Source of the DNA: Candidatus Nanoarchaeia archaeon
GTDB lineage: Archaea; Nanobdellota; Nanobdellia; SCGC-AAA011-G17; JAUYJU01
NCBI GenBank assembly: GCA_030700155.1
Contig: JAUYJU010000027.1
Coordinates: forward strand, 147,066 to 211,065
Reading direction: 5' to 3'
Length of the DNA: 64,000 bases
The notes beneath the pieces are model-generated. The model was not told the origin of the DNA. It worked only from the letters and a program-made list of their open reading frames with translations, and did no database searches. Shown here piece by piece: positions 25,820-35,595 of this stretch; positions within the stretch are counted from its first letter, which is position 1; every line of letters begins with the position of its first letter. A program made the position numbers and the translations under genes.

Positions 25820-28800
25820 TTATTGTATACTTACCGTCCATAAACCAACATTTCCTGTGGAATAAGCTTGTGGTGTTGCACCTGCAGTTATGTTTACTAA
25901 GCAGAAGTATACTTCTTCTTGTCCAAGACTAGCAGAGTTGTTACCTCTTGTCAAGTTTCCATCAGCTCCAGTTATTACACTTGTAGCATTTACTAATTGG
26001 ATTCCACCACATTCTACAGGAGGACTTCCTCCAGTGGCAGTATGCACAGTAAAGTTACTTACATTCAAGTATCTACTTCTGATTATTTCACCTTGCAAGT
26101 TAATTGCAGTAATATTCAAATTACCGATTGTAATATTTTTATTTCCAGTATTATTTATTGTCAAAGGATCATTCGTAGATGTTTGATTACCAACACCAAT
26201 GCTTAATGCATCCCAAGTCAATGCACTTGGTGCCATTACCATTGCAGCAGTTTCTTGTAAAGTGAAATTACTTGAAGTATTTGCACCAGTTTCAGCACTT
26301 AAATCTTTAATGGTGGCATTTACAGTCCAATTTCCAGCAGCATCAAAGTACCATAAATCTACTGTGCAAGTATAGTTAGCAGTTGAAGCATTAAGATCTC
26401 CGACAAGTAAACAACTTGTATTGGATCTTGTTGTTTCTCCAATAGCTTGGAATTCTGCAGTAGCTGAGCTATCATTCAAGTCATCCACTCCATCTGAATC
26501 TGAAGCTAGGAATGAGAACTGCACAGCAGTTGTACTTGCTTCAGTAATACTCTGCGCAGCAATTACTGAAACGTTGTGTGCAGTAGGAGCAACATTTGTT
26601 ATTTCAGTTACAGTAAATATTGAGTTACTTATAGCGAAACTACAATTGCTATCTCCATCACACCATTGGAAGTTCCAAGTATATCCACCAGCGACAACAT
26701 TTGAAACATTTATACTAGTTACAGCAGTAGTTCCTGTAACACTTACAGTTTGATTAGCAACCCAACTTCCAGAGATGTTGTGATATAATGTAGCATTAGC
26801 TAATCCTCTTGCATCACTTGCATTTGAATCAAATCTCCAAGTAGTTGAAGTATTTGAAGTCGCATTTGGCGGACTAGTTAAATTAATTCCACTAGGAGGA
26901 TTATTTATAGTGAAAGTAAAGTTAGCATCTGATTGGTTGCAGTTTCCAGCAGCATCGCACCACTGCACATTCCAAGTGTAACCACCATCAACAATATCTG
27001 TAACATTCATAGTTGTTACAACTCCACTAGTTCCACTTACAGTTACAGTTTGATTCGCAGTCCATGATCCAGAGATATTGTGGTATAATGTAGCGTTTAC
27101 CAATCCCAACGCGTCGCTTGCGTTGGATTCAAATCTCCAAGTTCTTGAAGTGTTTATTACCTCATTTGCGGGACTAGATAGGTTTACATCGCTTGGTCTT
27201 GCTGAGTCTACAGTGAAAGTAAAGTTAGCATTTGATTGGTTGCAATTTCCAGCAGCATCGCACCACTGCACATTCCAAATATATCTTCCATCTATTACAT
27301 TTGAAACATTTATTATTGTTCTAACTTGACTTGTTCCACTTACAGTTACAGTTTGATTCGCAGTCCATGATCCAGAGATATTGTGGTATAATGTAGCATT
27401 CACAACTCCAACACTATCGCTAGCATTAGATTCAAATGACCAGGTAGTAGACCTATTCAATTCATTGTTAGGTGGCATTGTTAAGTTAACTGCACTTGGT
27501 CTTGTATTATCAGCAGCTTGAACATAGGTTACATTAAAGAATAATGCATCAATAACCATACCATCTCTACCACCATTTGAAGTTCTTGTAACTCCAATTC
27601 TTGCTACAGCCTTAGTACCACTACCGAAGAAACTATCACAAGTCCAAGTTTCACCAATGTTAGTTACATTTTGACAGATTAATACTGGTGATGTGGTTCC
27701 ACCATTGAAACAAGTTGTATTCACATTAGTAAATGAAGCATTTGCATCTGCATCTACCTTTACAATACATTGCGTAGGGTCAGTAGCATCAACATTCCAA
27801 TCATAACATAACCAAACATCTCCAACAGAGTCACAATCCGTAACTGAAGAATTGCCAGTTTGCATATGGACGTTTCCCCAAACATTCTTATTGTAAGTGG
27901 TAGTTTCAGTGCTACCGCCATCACAAAGCCTATCTGCAGTACCGCAGGTTCCAGGATAAGTACCGGCACACGCATCATCAAAGGTATCTGCATTTGCAAC
28001 CGAGCTACCTAAACTACAAGCTGTAGCCCCAAGATCCGTAGTTCCATCAGGGAAAGCTTGAGGGTCAATTATATGGTCAAATTCCAAGTAAGCATAATCT
28101 AAGCCTTCTTTGTTAACTATCTTTAAATCAAAGGCATCTGAACTTCCTACCAAATTGGTTAAATAAATTGTATAGTAAGTTGTATTAGTAATTATTGGGA
28201 ATTCAGCAATCTTTGTAGACGAATTGTAATAATAAACTTCTAAAGTGGTGTTTAATCCCTGAGTATTTCTAGCATAAACTGTAATATCATTAGTTGAATT
28301 AAGTTTTTGTTCAAATGTAACTCTGACATATTCACTATGGTTGATTGGTCCAGACCAGATATTATCTAAAGATTTAGTCTCGTTGTAAATCTCTGAAATT
28401 AACACATAATTACTATCCAAGTGACTAGCTTTAGTTATTTCAATTACAATATCAAAGGTCTGATTACTTAAGTGAGGAGTTACCCAATAGATTTCATCTA
28501 CCAATCCATTGTTGTTATTATCTTTATACTCAGTTATTGCATGGGTTTGTCTTGAACCGTTTACAATCCAGTATAATTTGATTGAAGATTGTTTGGCATC
28601 AGCTATATTTGTGAAAGTAGAAACATTTTCATAATTCATTGCAGAATAAATTATAATTCTCTTTCCATCAGAAGTTTCTTCTTCAAATATCTGAGGAGCT
28701 TCAGTTTCGTATTCAATTTCTACTTCTTCAATTTCTTGTTCTACAACTAAGGAAGTTGCATTAGGTTCTTCAAAGATTGCAAAGCCAGTTATGAATGCAA

Positions 28801-29809
28801 AGAATCCAGTTATTGGATTAGGCGAACTAATTACATCAGAAGTTATATCTACAGTTTCATTGTTCTCTACTTTCTTTATAGATAATATTGAAACTTCTTT
28901 AGGCAACTCTATTTCTAAGTTAGTTGTCTTTTCTTTTAGTTTTATAATCTTCTTCCATTTAACTGGCTGACCAATAACCGCTCCATATTGTATTGTTTGC
29001 TCAGTTTCAACATCAGCATTAATTATAGTCAGGTTAATAGGAACTTCTTCAGTTACATTTTCAACAATAGTTTCATCTACTTCAGTTGTAACATTAGTTA
29101 TATTTGTAACTTCGCATCTTACCTTAGCATCTATCTTACTAATGATTACTTGATCATTAGAGTCATACACATACGCATGCAGCGCCTTACTTCCTTCTTT
29201 ATCCGTTGTCTGACAGTAAGTGAATGGACTGTTCAATTCTTGATCTACCTGAGGCAATGCCTTAGTTCCGGAGATATATCCTTTGGCATAACTTCCATTA
29301 CTCCACGAAATAGTCTCACATACAGTAAAGTTAGTTCCATCATAATCACAATAGTATTCTGTTATGTTCACAGTAGCACTGATACCAGTTTCATTAATTT
29401 CACTCAAGTTTCCATCTGTAACATTGAATACTGCAAATCCAGTAATATCAGAATCTAAGTAGAATAAACTTAATCCTAACATTCCGAATACAGCAAAGAT
29501 TAATAGTGCAGTTAACAATACCTTATTGTTTTCTGTTTGTTTTATCTTATCTTCACATATCTTTAAGTGTTCTCTATAAACCCTTATGCAGTTGTCATAA
29601 TAATTATTCCATTGTTCTAAAGTTCTGTTCTTTAATACATTCTTTAATGTAGATTCATATTCTTCATACTTGACACTACCCCTTGCAAATTGAGCGTTTA
29701 ATTTATCCACAAATCTATTTAGCTTAATCTTTGCATTTTCGCAAACTTCAATATTCCTGATTAGTCTAATCTTTCTCTTTTCCAGACTAGCTAGTTTATT
29801 GTTTTGCAT
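25820..29809 (-). CDS. Giant (1329 aa) N-glycosylation-rich surface protein or adhesin with a type II membrane topology
   Basis: A ~95-aa cytoplasmic coiled-coil N-terminus, a single TM helix (LLTALLIFAVFGMLGLSLFYL), a Cys-rich region, 3x ~100-aa tandem repeats (NATLYHNISGSW...ANFTFTV), and a C-terminal domain shared with the adjacent paralog. Confidence 0.6.
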   Translation of the reverse strand: MQNNKLASLEKRKIRLIRNIEVCENAKIKLNRFVDKLNAQFARGSVKYEEYESTLKNVLKNRTLEQWNNYYDNCIRVYREHLKICEDKIKQTENNKVLLTALLIFAVFGMLGLSLFYLDSDITGFAVFNVTDGNLSEINETGISATVNITEYYCDYDGTNFTVCETISWSNGSYAKGYISGTKALPQVDQELNSPFTYCQTTDKEGSKALHAYVYDSNDQVIISKIDAKVRCEVTNITNVTTEVDETIVENVTEEVPINLTIINADVETEQTIQYGAVIGQPVKWKKIIKLKEKTTNLEIELPKEVSILSIKKVENNETVDITSDVISSPNPITGFFAFITGFAIFEEPNATSLVVEQEIEEVEIEYETEAPQIFEEETSDGKRIIIYSAMNYENVSTFTNIADAKQSSIKLYWIVNGSRQTHAITEYKDNNNNGLVDEIYWVTPHLSNQTFDIVIEITKASHLDSNYVLISEIYNETKSLDNIWSGPINHSEYVRVTFEQKLNSTNDITVYARNTQGLNTTLEVYYYNSSTKIAEFPIITNTTYYTIYLTNLVGSSDAFDLKIVNKEGLDYAYLEFDHIIDPQAFPDGTTDLGATACSLGSSVANADTFDDACAGTYPGTCGTADRLCDGGSTETTTYNKNVWGNVHMQTGNSSVTDCDSVGDVWLCYDWNVDATDPTQCIVKVDADANASFTNVNTTCFNGGTTSPVLICQNVTNIGETWTCDSFFGSGTKAVARIGVTRTSNGGRDGMVIDALFFNVTYVQAADNTRPSAVNLTMPPNNELNRSTTWSFESNASDSVGVVNATLYHNISGSWTANQTVTVSGTSQVRTIINVSNVIDGRYIWNVQWCDAAGNCNQSNANFTFTVDSARPSDVNLSSPANEVINTSRTWRFESNASDALGLVNATLYHNISGSWTANQTVTVSGTSGVVTTMNVTDIVDGGYTWNVQWCDAAGNCNQSDANFTFTINNPPSGINLTSPPNATSNTSTTWRFDSNASDARGLANATLYHNISGSWVANQTVSVTGTTAVTSINVSNVVAGGYTWNFQWCDGDSNCSFAISNSIFTVTEITNVAPTAHNVSVIAAQSITEASTTAVQFSFLASDSDGVDDLNDSSATAEFQAIGETTRSNTSCLLVGDLNASTANYTCTVDLWYFDAAGNWTVNATIKDLSAETGANTSSNFTLQETAAMVMAPSALTWDALSIGVGNQTSTNDPLTINNTGNKNITIGNLNITAINLQGEIIRSRYLNVSNFTVHTATGGSPPVECGGIQLVNATSVITGADGNLTRGNNSASLGQEEVYFCLVNITAGATPQAYSTGNVGLWTVSIQ
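26609..27505. repeat. Three tandem ~300-bp DNA repeats encoding the ~100-aa Ig-like repeats of the giant surface protein
   Basis: Protein repeats at residues ~769-868, 869-968 and 969-1067. The spurious + strand ORFs 26421..26753 and 27078..27329 are mutually similar, confirming DNA-level repetition. Confidence 0.7.
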
Positions 29810-30341
29810 CCTTCTCCATAGAATTTTTATAAGTTGTCCAGATTGTACGTTCGTCTCTCTTCAGCAACAATGCAATTTCATGATAGGATAATTGATAAGA
29901 ATCTTTCAGATAAGCGACAATATTTTCTAAAACTCCAAGCTTTTTATTTTTCAAAATTGAAGCTGGAATTAAATAATTGGATTCTAAATTTTCAAATTTA
30001 ATCGGAAGTTTGTTTTTGCTTGAATTATAAGCCTGCCAAACAGATTTAGAATCACGATCAATCAAAGAAGCTATTTTTTTATTTTTAAAGCCAAGGTTTT
30101 CTTTTAGATATTTACAGATGCTTTCTAAAGCCCCCAATTCTTTGGAAAATATAGAAACCGGAATTAAAACATCAGATTCTAATTCATTAATTAATTCAAC
30201 AGCAGACTTTTTTTCTTTTAATTTATCATATAGTGCTTGGAATCTTAGAAACTCAACAAAATCTTTCTTTTCTTCTTGCTTAATCGGACTAGTAAAATCT
30301 ACATCTTTCCTGTTTTTTGTACTCTTTTTTCTATTTAACAA
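29796..30341 (-). CDS. Tandem-duplicated sigma-70-region-4-like HTH protein, putative regulator of the surface-protein operon
   Basis: Two ~55-aa repeats (LIPVSIFSKELGALESICKYLKENLGF...IASLIDRDSKSVWQAY and LIPASILKNKKLGVLENIVAYLKDSYQLSYHEIALLLKRDERTIWTTY). It overlaps the giant gene start by 14 bp. Confidence 0.4.
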   Translation of the reverse strand: MLNRKKSTKNRKDVDFTSPIKQEEKKDFVEFLRFQALYDKLKEKKSAVELINELESDVLIPVSIFSKELGALESICKYLKENLGFKNKKIASLIDRDSKSVWQAYNSSKNKLPIKFENLESNYLIPASILKNKKLGVLENIVAYLKDSYQLSYHEIALLLKRDERTIWTTYKNSMEKDAKQ

Positions 30342-30465
30342 AGTAAATATTACTATTTAGATAGGTACAATATATAAATGTGCCTATTAATAGTCTATTC
30401 AAATAAGTATAATATCTATTTAACTAAGTAGAAGACCTTTTATATCTAATCGCATTATACGAACT

Positions 30466-31290
30466 ATGGATAAAAAAGAGGTTATTCAGAAAGTCCAGAC
30501 AGAGCTCAAAATTCAGGGAAAAAGTCCAAGAACCCAAAGGATGTATACTTTTTTCAATGAAAATTTCTTAGATTTTATTAAAAAGTCTCCAGACTCAGTA
30601 ATCCAGGATGACATTAAATCCTTCTTCGCTTATCTTTTATCAGACAAAAAATATAATGCTTCTTCAGTTGCATTAGCAAGATGCGCATTACGTTTTTGTT
30701 ATGATGAAATATTGGGAAAAAATATTGTAACTAATATAAAAACTCCAAAATTTCAAAGAAAAATCCCAGAAATTCCATCTAAAACAGAGATTAGATTAAT
30801 GTTAGACCATTCCAAGAACTTAAAAAATAAAATAATGATAGAATTTCTTTACTCTTCAGGCTTAAGAGTTTCAGAATTAGCAAATCTAAAAATAAAAGAT
30901 TTAAATCTAGAGGAAAAAACCGGTTTATTAAAATCCGGAAAGGGTGGAAAAGATAGATTTTTCATAATGTCGGAGTTATTAGTTAAAGATTTAAAAGAAT
31001 ATTTAAAAAATCATAAAGAAGAATATTTATTAATTGGTTTTGACGGCCCAATTTCAACTAGGTCCATACAAAAATCAATTCAAAGAACTGCAAAAAGAGC
31101 AAACATACAAAAGAAAATTTATCCGCATCTACTAAGGCACGCTTTTGCAACGCATTTATTAGAGGATGGTGTAGATATAAGGCATATTCAGGTTTTGCTT
31201 GCGCATTCAAATCTTCAAACTACTGCTTGGTATACTCAAGTTTCAACAAAAGAATTAAAAAAGATTAAAAGTCCTTTAGATACAATTTAA
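30466..31290 (+). CDS. Tyrosine recombinase/integrase (XerC/D-like)
   Basis: N-terminal SAM-like domain. Catalytic R...HxxR...Y signature: HLLRHAFATHLL and LLAHSNLQTTAWYTQV. Confidence 0.8.
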   Translation: MDKKEVIQKVQTELKIQGKSPRTQRMYTFFNENFLDFIKKSPDSVIQDDIKSFFAYLLSDKKYNASSVALARCALRFCYDEILGKNIVTNIKTPKFQRKIPEIPSKTEIRLMLDHSKNLKNKIMIEFLYSSGLRVSELANLKIKDLNLEEKTGLLKSGKGGKDRFFIMSELLVKDLKEYLKNHKEEYLLIGFDGPISTRSIQKSIQRTAKRANIQKKIYPHLLRHAFATHLLEDGVDIRHIQVLLAHSNLQTTAWYTQVSTKELKKIKSPLDTI

Positions 31291-32003
31291 CCCAAATAAC
31301 TTAAATTTTTCTTAGTCGCAATTTGTTCTTTAGACTGTTGAGTTTTTTCCATCAATTCCCTCAATTGCCTTTCAAAGTCTTCAGCTTTTTTGATTAAAGG
31401 TTTAGGATCAATCTTTAATCCTAAATATTTATCAAGAACATCAATTATCTTAGCAGAAGCTCTCGCATCAGGAAAATTATTTACAGTCTCTGCAAAAATA
31501 AATGTAGTTTTTAAATTTCTTTTAACTAATAAAGCACCACTTACCCCCATAATAATCCCTTCTCTTAATTCTTTAGCACCAGTCTTAGCTAATTTTTTAT
31601 GATCTCCATCCCCGACAAAAAAAGCATTGCCACCACTACTAGGTCTTTCACTGCTTGATCCAATACCTTCAATGCTGATAACTTCTTTAGCATTCAAATC
31701 TTTAGCCAATTTACAAATAGCATCTGCTAATGCCCACTCAATACCCTTTACATCAGTTAAAGCGTGTAGAATCACTATATTGGTTTTTGGATCATAAAAG
31801 ATTCCTAAAGGTTCAACTGCTTCACCTTCATGAACAGCAATTACAGGAGGAACTTCTTTTATTCTAATCCTACCTATTTCTTTAGCTTTTAAATGTCTTA
31901 TTAAGAATTCAGTAGTTATTGTTCCAACAAGTCCAAAACCTGGAAAACCCTCTATTATTATGGGGTTCTTTGGCTTCTTATCTAAAATCACCTTCATTTT
32001 CAT
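31287..32003 (-). CDS. PAC2-family proteasome assembly chaperone
   Basis: The N-terminal motif IIIEGFPGFGLVGTI is characteristic of archaeal PAC2/COG1938 proteins. Confidence 0.5.
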   Translation of the reverse strand: MKMKVILDKKPKNPIIIEGFPGFGLVGTITTEFLIRHLKAKEIGRIRIKEVPPVIAVHEGEAVEPLGIFYDPKTNIVILHALTDVKGIEWALADAICKLAKDLNAKEVISIEGIGSSSERPSSGGNAFFVGDGDHKKLAKTGAKELREGIIMGVSGALLVKRNLKTTFIFAETVNNFPDARASAKIIDVLDKYLGLKIDPKPLIKKAEDFERQLRELMEKTQQSKEQIATKKNLSYLG

Positions 32004-32156
32004 TTATTCAATTGCTAATATTCTTTAAATACCTTTCCATAAAACTCAGTTTTGCATAAAACATTAAATCCTTAAAGGTTCTTTAATATATAGTTTCTAA
32101 CCGTTGCCACCTTGCCAACTACACCACAAAAGTACTTATAAATAAAATTACCTCCT

Positions 32157-32846
32157 ATGAGAATGAATGTAAGATTAGCGGAACTTTTTGGAGCAATGAT
32201 GGGAGATGGTTGTTTATCTTTAATTAACAACAAATCAGAAAATAGAAAAAGAAAAATAGCTCTTCTAACGGGACATTTAAAACACGATTACAATTATTAT
32301 ACTAGAGTAATTCAACCAATAGTCAAGGAAAATTTTAAGATAAATGGTTATATCAAAAAACGCGAAAAAAGAAATTGTATTTATTATGAAATAGGTGGAG
32401 TCGTATTTGACTTTCTAAATAATGAAGGATTTCCCATAGGGTTAAAAACCAAACTTTTTATACCTCAAAAAATTTTAAGAAAACGTCAATTAGCTAGGGC
32501 ATGTGTAAGGGGCATTTTTAATACCGCTGGAACTATTTATCGAAGATATAGAAAAAAATATAACAAACATCCAAAAATCTACAACTATCAAGTTATTCAA
32601 TTTAAATTAAACAGTAAAAGAACAATAAAACAAATTAAAGGTGTACTTGACAGGATCAATATTAATTCAAATAGAATTATTAGGGATAAGAAAAGTTATG
32701 TACTTAGAATAACGGACCAAACAGGCATTAAAAAATTCATGGAAAAAATCCGTCCAAGTAATAATTACCACGTAGAAAGATATATAAATCATATTTCAGA
32801 CATTTCTGACAAAGGGCTCGTAGCTCAGCCTGGTCAGAGCACTTGA
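32157..32846 (+). CDS. Free-standing LAGLIDADG homing endonuclease
   Basis: The N-terminal LAELFGAMMGDGCLS is a canonical LAGLIDADG motif. A second degenerate copy is LARACVRGIFNTAGTI. The annotated 3' end overlaps the 5' part of the downstream tRNA. Confidence 0.6.
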   Translation: MRMNVRLAELFGAMMGDGCLSLINNKSENRKRKIALLTGHLKHDYNYYTRVIQPIVKENFKINGYIKKREKRNCIYYEIGGVVFDFLNNEGFPIGLKTKLFIPQKILRKRQLARACVRGIFNTAGTIYRRYRKKYNKHPKIYNYQVIQFKLNSKRTIKQIKGVLDRININSNRIIRDKKSYVLRITDQTGIKKFMEKIRPSNNYHVERYINHISDISDKGLVAQPGQST

Positions 32847-32927
32847 AAGTCTTAAAGGCTTGGTGAAGCTCTTATGCCATCAGACGGAGCGACCAAGGGG
32901 TCGAGGGTTCGAATCCCTCCGAGCCCG
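32814..32927 (+). tRNA. tRNA gene about 40 nt longer than canonical (intron or introns likely, possibly at non-canonical positions). Anticodon not assigned
   Basis: Acceptor GGGCTCG pairs with CGAGCCC. D-arm GCTC-AGCCTGGTCA-GAGC. T-arm GAGGG-TTCGAAT-CCCTC. There is extra sequence between the D-arm and the variable region. I could not fold a canonical 7-nt anticodon loop with U33 by hand. Confidence 0.55.
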
Positions 32928-32985
32928 TTCTATTATTACTATCGAATATAAAAACTTATAAAAATATGAACAACTTCTGAGAGTT

Positions 32986-33822
32986 ATGGACAAAGAAACT
33001 TACTTAATTTTTCATAATGTAGATGGAAGCGTATCCCACTTAAAGAACCTACTGAATATGGAAGCAAATAAATATTATTGCTTAGGAAATTTAGTTAAAA
33101 AAGAAATTAAATTTGGATCAGATTTAGAAGAAAGTTTTGAATGTTTAGATATTTTTAGAAGAAAAAATAATGGAATATTATTTACAGGAGAAGCTGAAAG
33201 AAACTTGGTAAATATGATTTATGATAAAGAAAGCCAACACAAAAGTTTAATCAACACTTTAATTGAAAAACCAGATATTGAACATTTACAAAAAGGAAGA
33301 ACAGTTTCCTGCATTAAAGCTATTGGAACTTATTTTATGCCAAAAGCACCGAATAATTCATTTAAGGCTGAAGATTGGGATGAAAACTGGAGCAACCACG
33401 ACGAAATTTTAAAAGAATCAAGAAAAAACCAAAAAATAGAAGCTTGCGATTTAGAGAGAGCAGAGCTTTATGATTCTTATGAGGAGATTATACTCTCATT
33501 AATGGATTACCTAGTATGGCCGCAAGAAAGAGATTATCCAAGGTATTCATTTTTCTTTATGGGAAATAGATACGAAAATGCAATGTGGAAAAAAGTTAGT
33601 GGGGATTTAAAATTATTCTCAACTTCAACAAATCAACCCGAGATAATGAAAATTATGCTAAACCAAAAGGAAGGGCCACACATAATTACTCCAGGGTCTG
33701 CAAAACATGGACTTTTCTGCAGATTTACTATTCCAGATATGAAACTAGAACTATTCAGCGAGCCAGATTTTAGAGAAACAAGGGAAATTAAAAAGATAGG
33801 ATTTAAAAAGAAATTACCTTAA
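32986..33822 (+). CDS. Hypothetical protein
   Basis: 278-aa ORF with no recognisable motif. Confidence 0.3.
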   Translation: MDKETYLIFHNVDGSVSHLKNLLNMEANKYYCLGNLVKKEIKFGSDLEESFECLDIFRRKNNGILFTGEAERNLVNMIYDKESQHKSLINTLIEKPDIEHLQKGRTVSCIKAIGTYFMPKAPNNSFKAEDWDENWSNHDEILKESRKNQKIEACDLERAELYDSYEEIILSLMDYLVWPQERDYPRYSFFFMGNRYENAMWKKVSGDLKLFSTSTNQPEIMKIMLNQKEGPHIITPGSAKHGLFCRFTIPDMKLELFSEPDFRETREIKKIGFKKKLP

Positions 33823-34662
33823 TATATCATAGAAAACATCAAAGATTGGTTTTTCTGTAGATACAGCATAGAATTTTGCACCAGTTTCAGCACATGCTTC
33901 TTTTATATTATGTTGATGTTCTTCTAATTTTGTAAAATATCTCTTTCTTAAAAAAGGCCCTATAAAAGTTCTTAATATAGAACTTGTTTCTAAATCCTTT
34001 AATTTATAATCCCCTTCAATATTTAATTTAGATTCAGTTTTATCCAAAACTTGAATTAATTTTACATCATTCCTTTTAAATCTATAAAGAACATTTTTAA
34101 TTTCTTCAATATCATACAAGAAATCAGACACAATTACAATCAAAGATTTTGAATCAACAAATTTTTTATATTTGGATAAAGATACACCCAATTTCGAAGT
34201 ACCAATTGGTCTTTTTTTATTTAAGTAATCAAAAACTTTCATCAACTGACCTTTACCCTTTTGAGCTTTAAACACCTCAAGTTTATCTGAAAAAGTAGAT
34301 ATGACAAACTTTTCATTATTTTTCAGAGCCATATACGCAAAACCCATAGCAAGCATACCAGAATAACTTGATTTTTTGAAAGGCTTTCCAAAATCCATGC
34401 TTGCGCTCATGTCAAGGACAACATGAACAGTTAAATTTCTTTCAGCTTCAAATTTTCTTACAAAGAGATCGTCAGTTCTAGCATAAACTCTCCAATCTAT
34501 ATTTTTTATATCATCTCCTGGAGCATAAATTCTATGGTCTTTAAAAAGCAAACCTTCACCAGCAAATTCAGATTGTCTCTCCCCAACATAATTAGAGGTA
34601 ACTCTTTTATTGATTATTAAGCTAAGTTTATCCAAATGTCTAAGAAACTCTAAATCAATCAT
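33814..34662 (-). CDS. DUF58-family protein (vWA-like) of the MoxR operon
   Basis: The motif FKDHRIYAPGDDIKNIDWRVYART and a DxSxS-like VVLDMSASMDF. It overlaps the moxR gene. Confidence 0.6.
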   Translation of the reverse strand: MIDLEFLRHLDKLSLIINKRVTSNYVGERQSEFAGEGLLFKDHRIYAPGDDIKNIDWRVYARTDDLFVRKFEAERNLTVHVVLDMSASMDFGKPFKKSSYSGMLAMGFAYMALKNNEKFVISTFSDKLEVFKAQKGKGQLMKVFDYLNKKRPIGTSKLGVSLSKYKKFVDSKSLIVIVSDFLYDIEEIKNVLYRFKRNDVKLIQVLDKTESKLNIEGDYKLKDLETSSILRTFIGPFLRKRYFTKLEEHQHNIKEACAETGAKFYAVSTEKPIFDVFYDILR

Positions 34663-35594
34663 TTTAACAGTTTTTGAATAACATCATCCTCATTCATATT
34701 ATTCCTTTCAGCCTCAAAACTCAAGATTATCCTATGTCTTAATACAGCTGGCGCAATATAATTTATATCCTCTTTACTAACATAATTTCTTCCTTCAATA
34801 AGCGCATTTGCTTTAGCAGCTAAGATTACTCCTATTGAGGCCCTTGGAGAAGCACCGTACTGTATCAGATCTTTCTTTTGTCTAGTTCTTGCAATTAGAT
34901 CAACAGCATATTTTTTTAAATCATTTGAAACAGGAACCTGTCTTGTCAATTTTTGTAAATAATTTATATGTTCCTTGCTCAGTACAGGTTTTAATATAAC
35001 ACTTTCACCTTCTTCAGTATATTGATTGACAATTTCAATTTCCTCTCCAAAAGTTGGATAATCGGCTTTAATTTTTAACAAGAAACGATCAGATTGAGCT
35101 TCAGGTAATTGGAACGTTCCCTCTTGTTCAATTGGGTTTTGTGTTGCCAAAACAAAAAATGGTTTGTCTAACTTAAAAGTTTTATTTCCAACAGTAACTT
35201 GTTTTTCCTGCATAGCTTCTAATAATGCAGACTGAGATTTTGGTGTTGCCCTATTTATTTCATCAGCAAGTACAATATTTGCAAAAACTGGTCCTTCCTG
35301 AAATTTAAATTCCCTATGTCCATGACCTTTTTCTTCTAAAATATAAGTTCCTGTAATATCTGATGGCATTAAGTCGGGAGTATTTTGTATTCTAGAAAAT
35401 TTCAAACCCATTAAACTTGAAAGAGTCCTAACAGCCAAAGTTTTAGCAAGTCCAGGATAACCTTCAACTAAAGCGTGAGAATCAGCAAGCATGGCTATTA
35501 ACATTTGTTTGATCATTTCTTTTTGACCAATAACAACTTTACCCGCTTCTCTAAAAACCTGATCAAGATGAACTTTAACCTCTTGTGCTTTCAT
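34659..35594 (-). CDS. MoxR-family AAA+ ATPase
   Basis: Walker A GYPGLAKT, Walker B VLADEINR, and the sensor ATQNP. Confidence 0.85.
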   Translation of the reverse strand: MKAQEVKVHLDQVFREAGKVVIGQKEMIKQMLIAMLADSHALVEGYPGLAKTLAVRTLSSLMGLKFSRIQNTPDLMPSDITGTYILEEKGHGHREFKFQEGPVFANIVLADEINRATPKSQSALLEAMQEKQVTVGNKTFKLDKPFFVLATQNPIEQEGTFQLPEAQSDRFLLKIKADYPTFGEEIEIVNQYTEEGESVILKPVLSKEHINYLQKLTRQVPVSNDLKKYAVDLIARTRQKKDLIQYGASPRASIGVILAAKANALIEGRNYVSKEDINYIAPAVLRHRIILSFEAERNNMNEDDVIQKLLK

Positions 35595-35595
35595 T

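Noticed and set aside
25890-27329. Plus-strand ORFs inside the giant surface-protein gene (25890..26186, 25997..26206, 26421..26753, 27078..27329) and 24816..25169 inside its paralog
   Set aside because: They are antisense to strongly supported glycoprotein genes. Their mutual similarity simply mirrors the DNA-level tandem and paralogous repeats.
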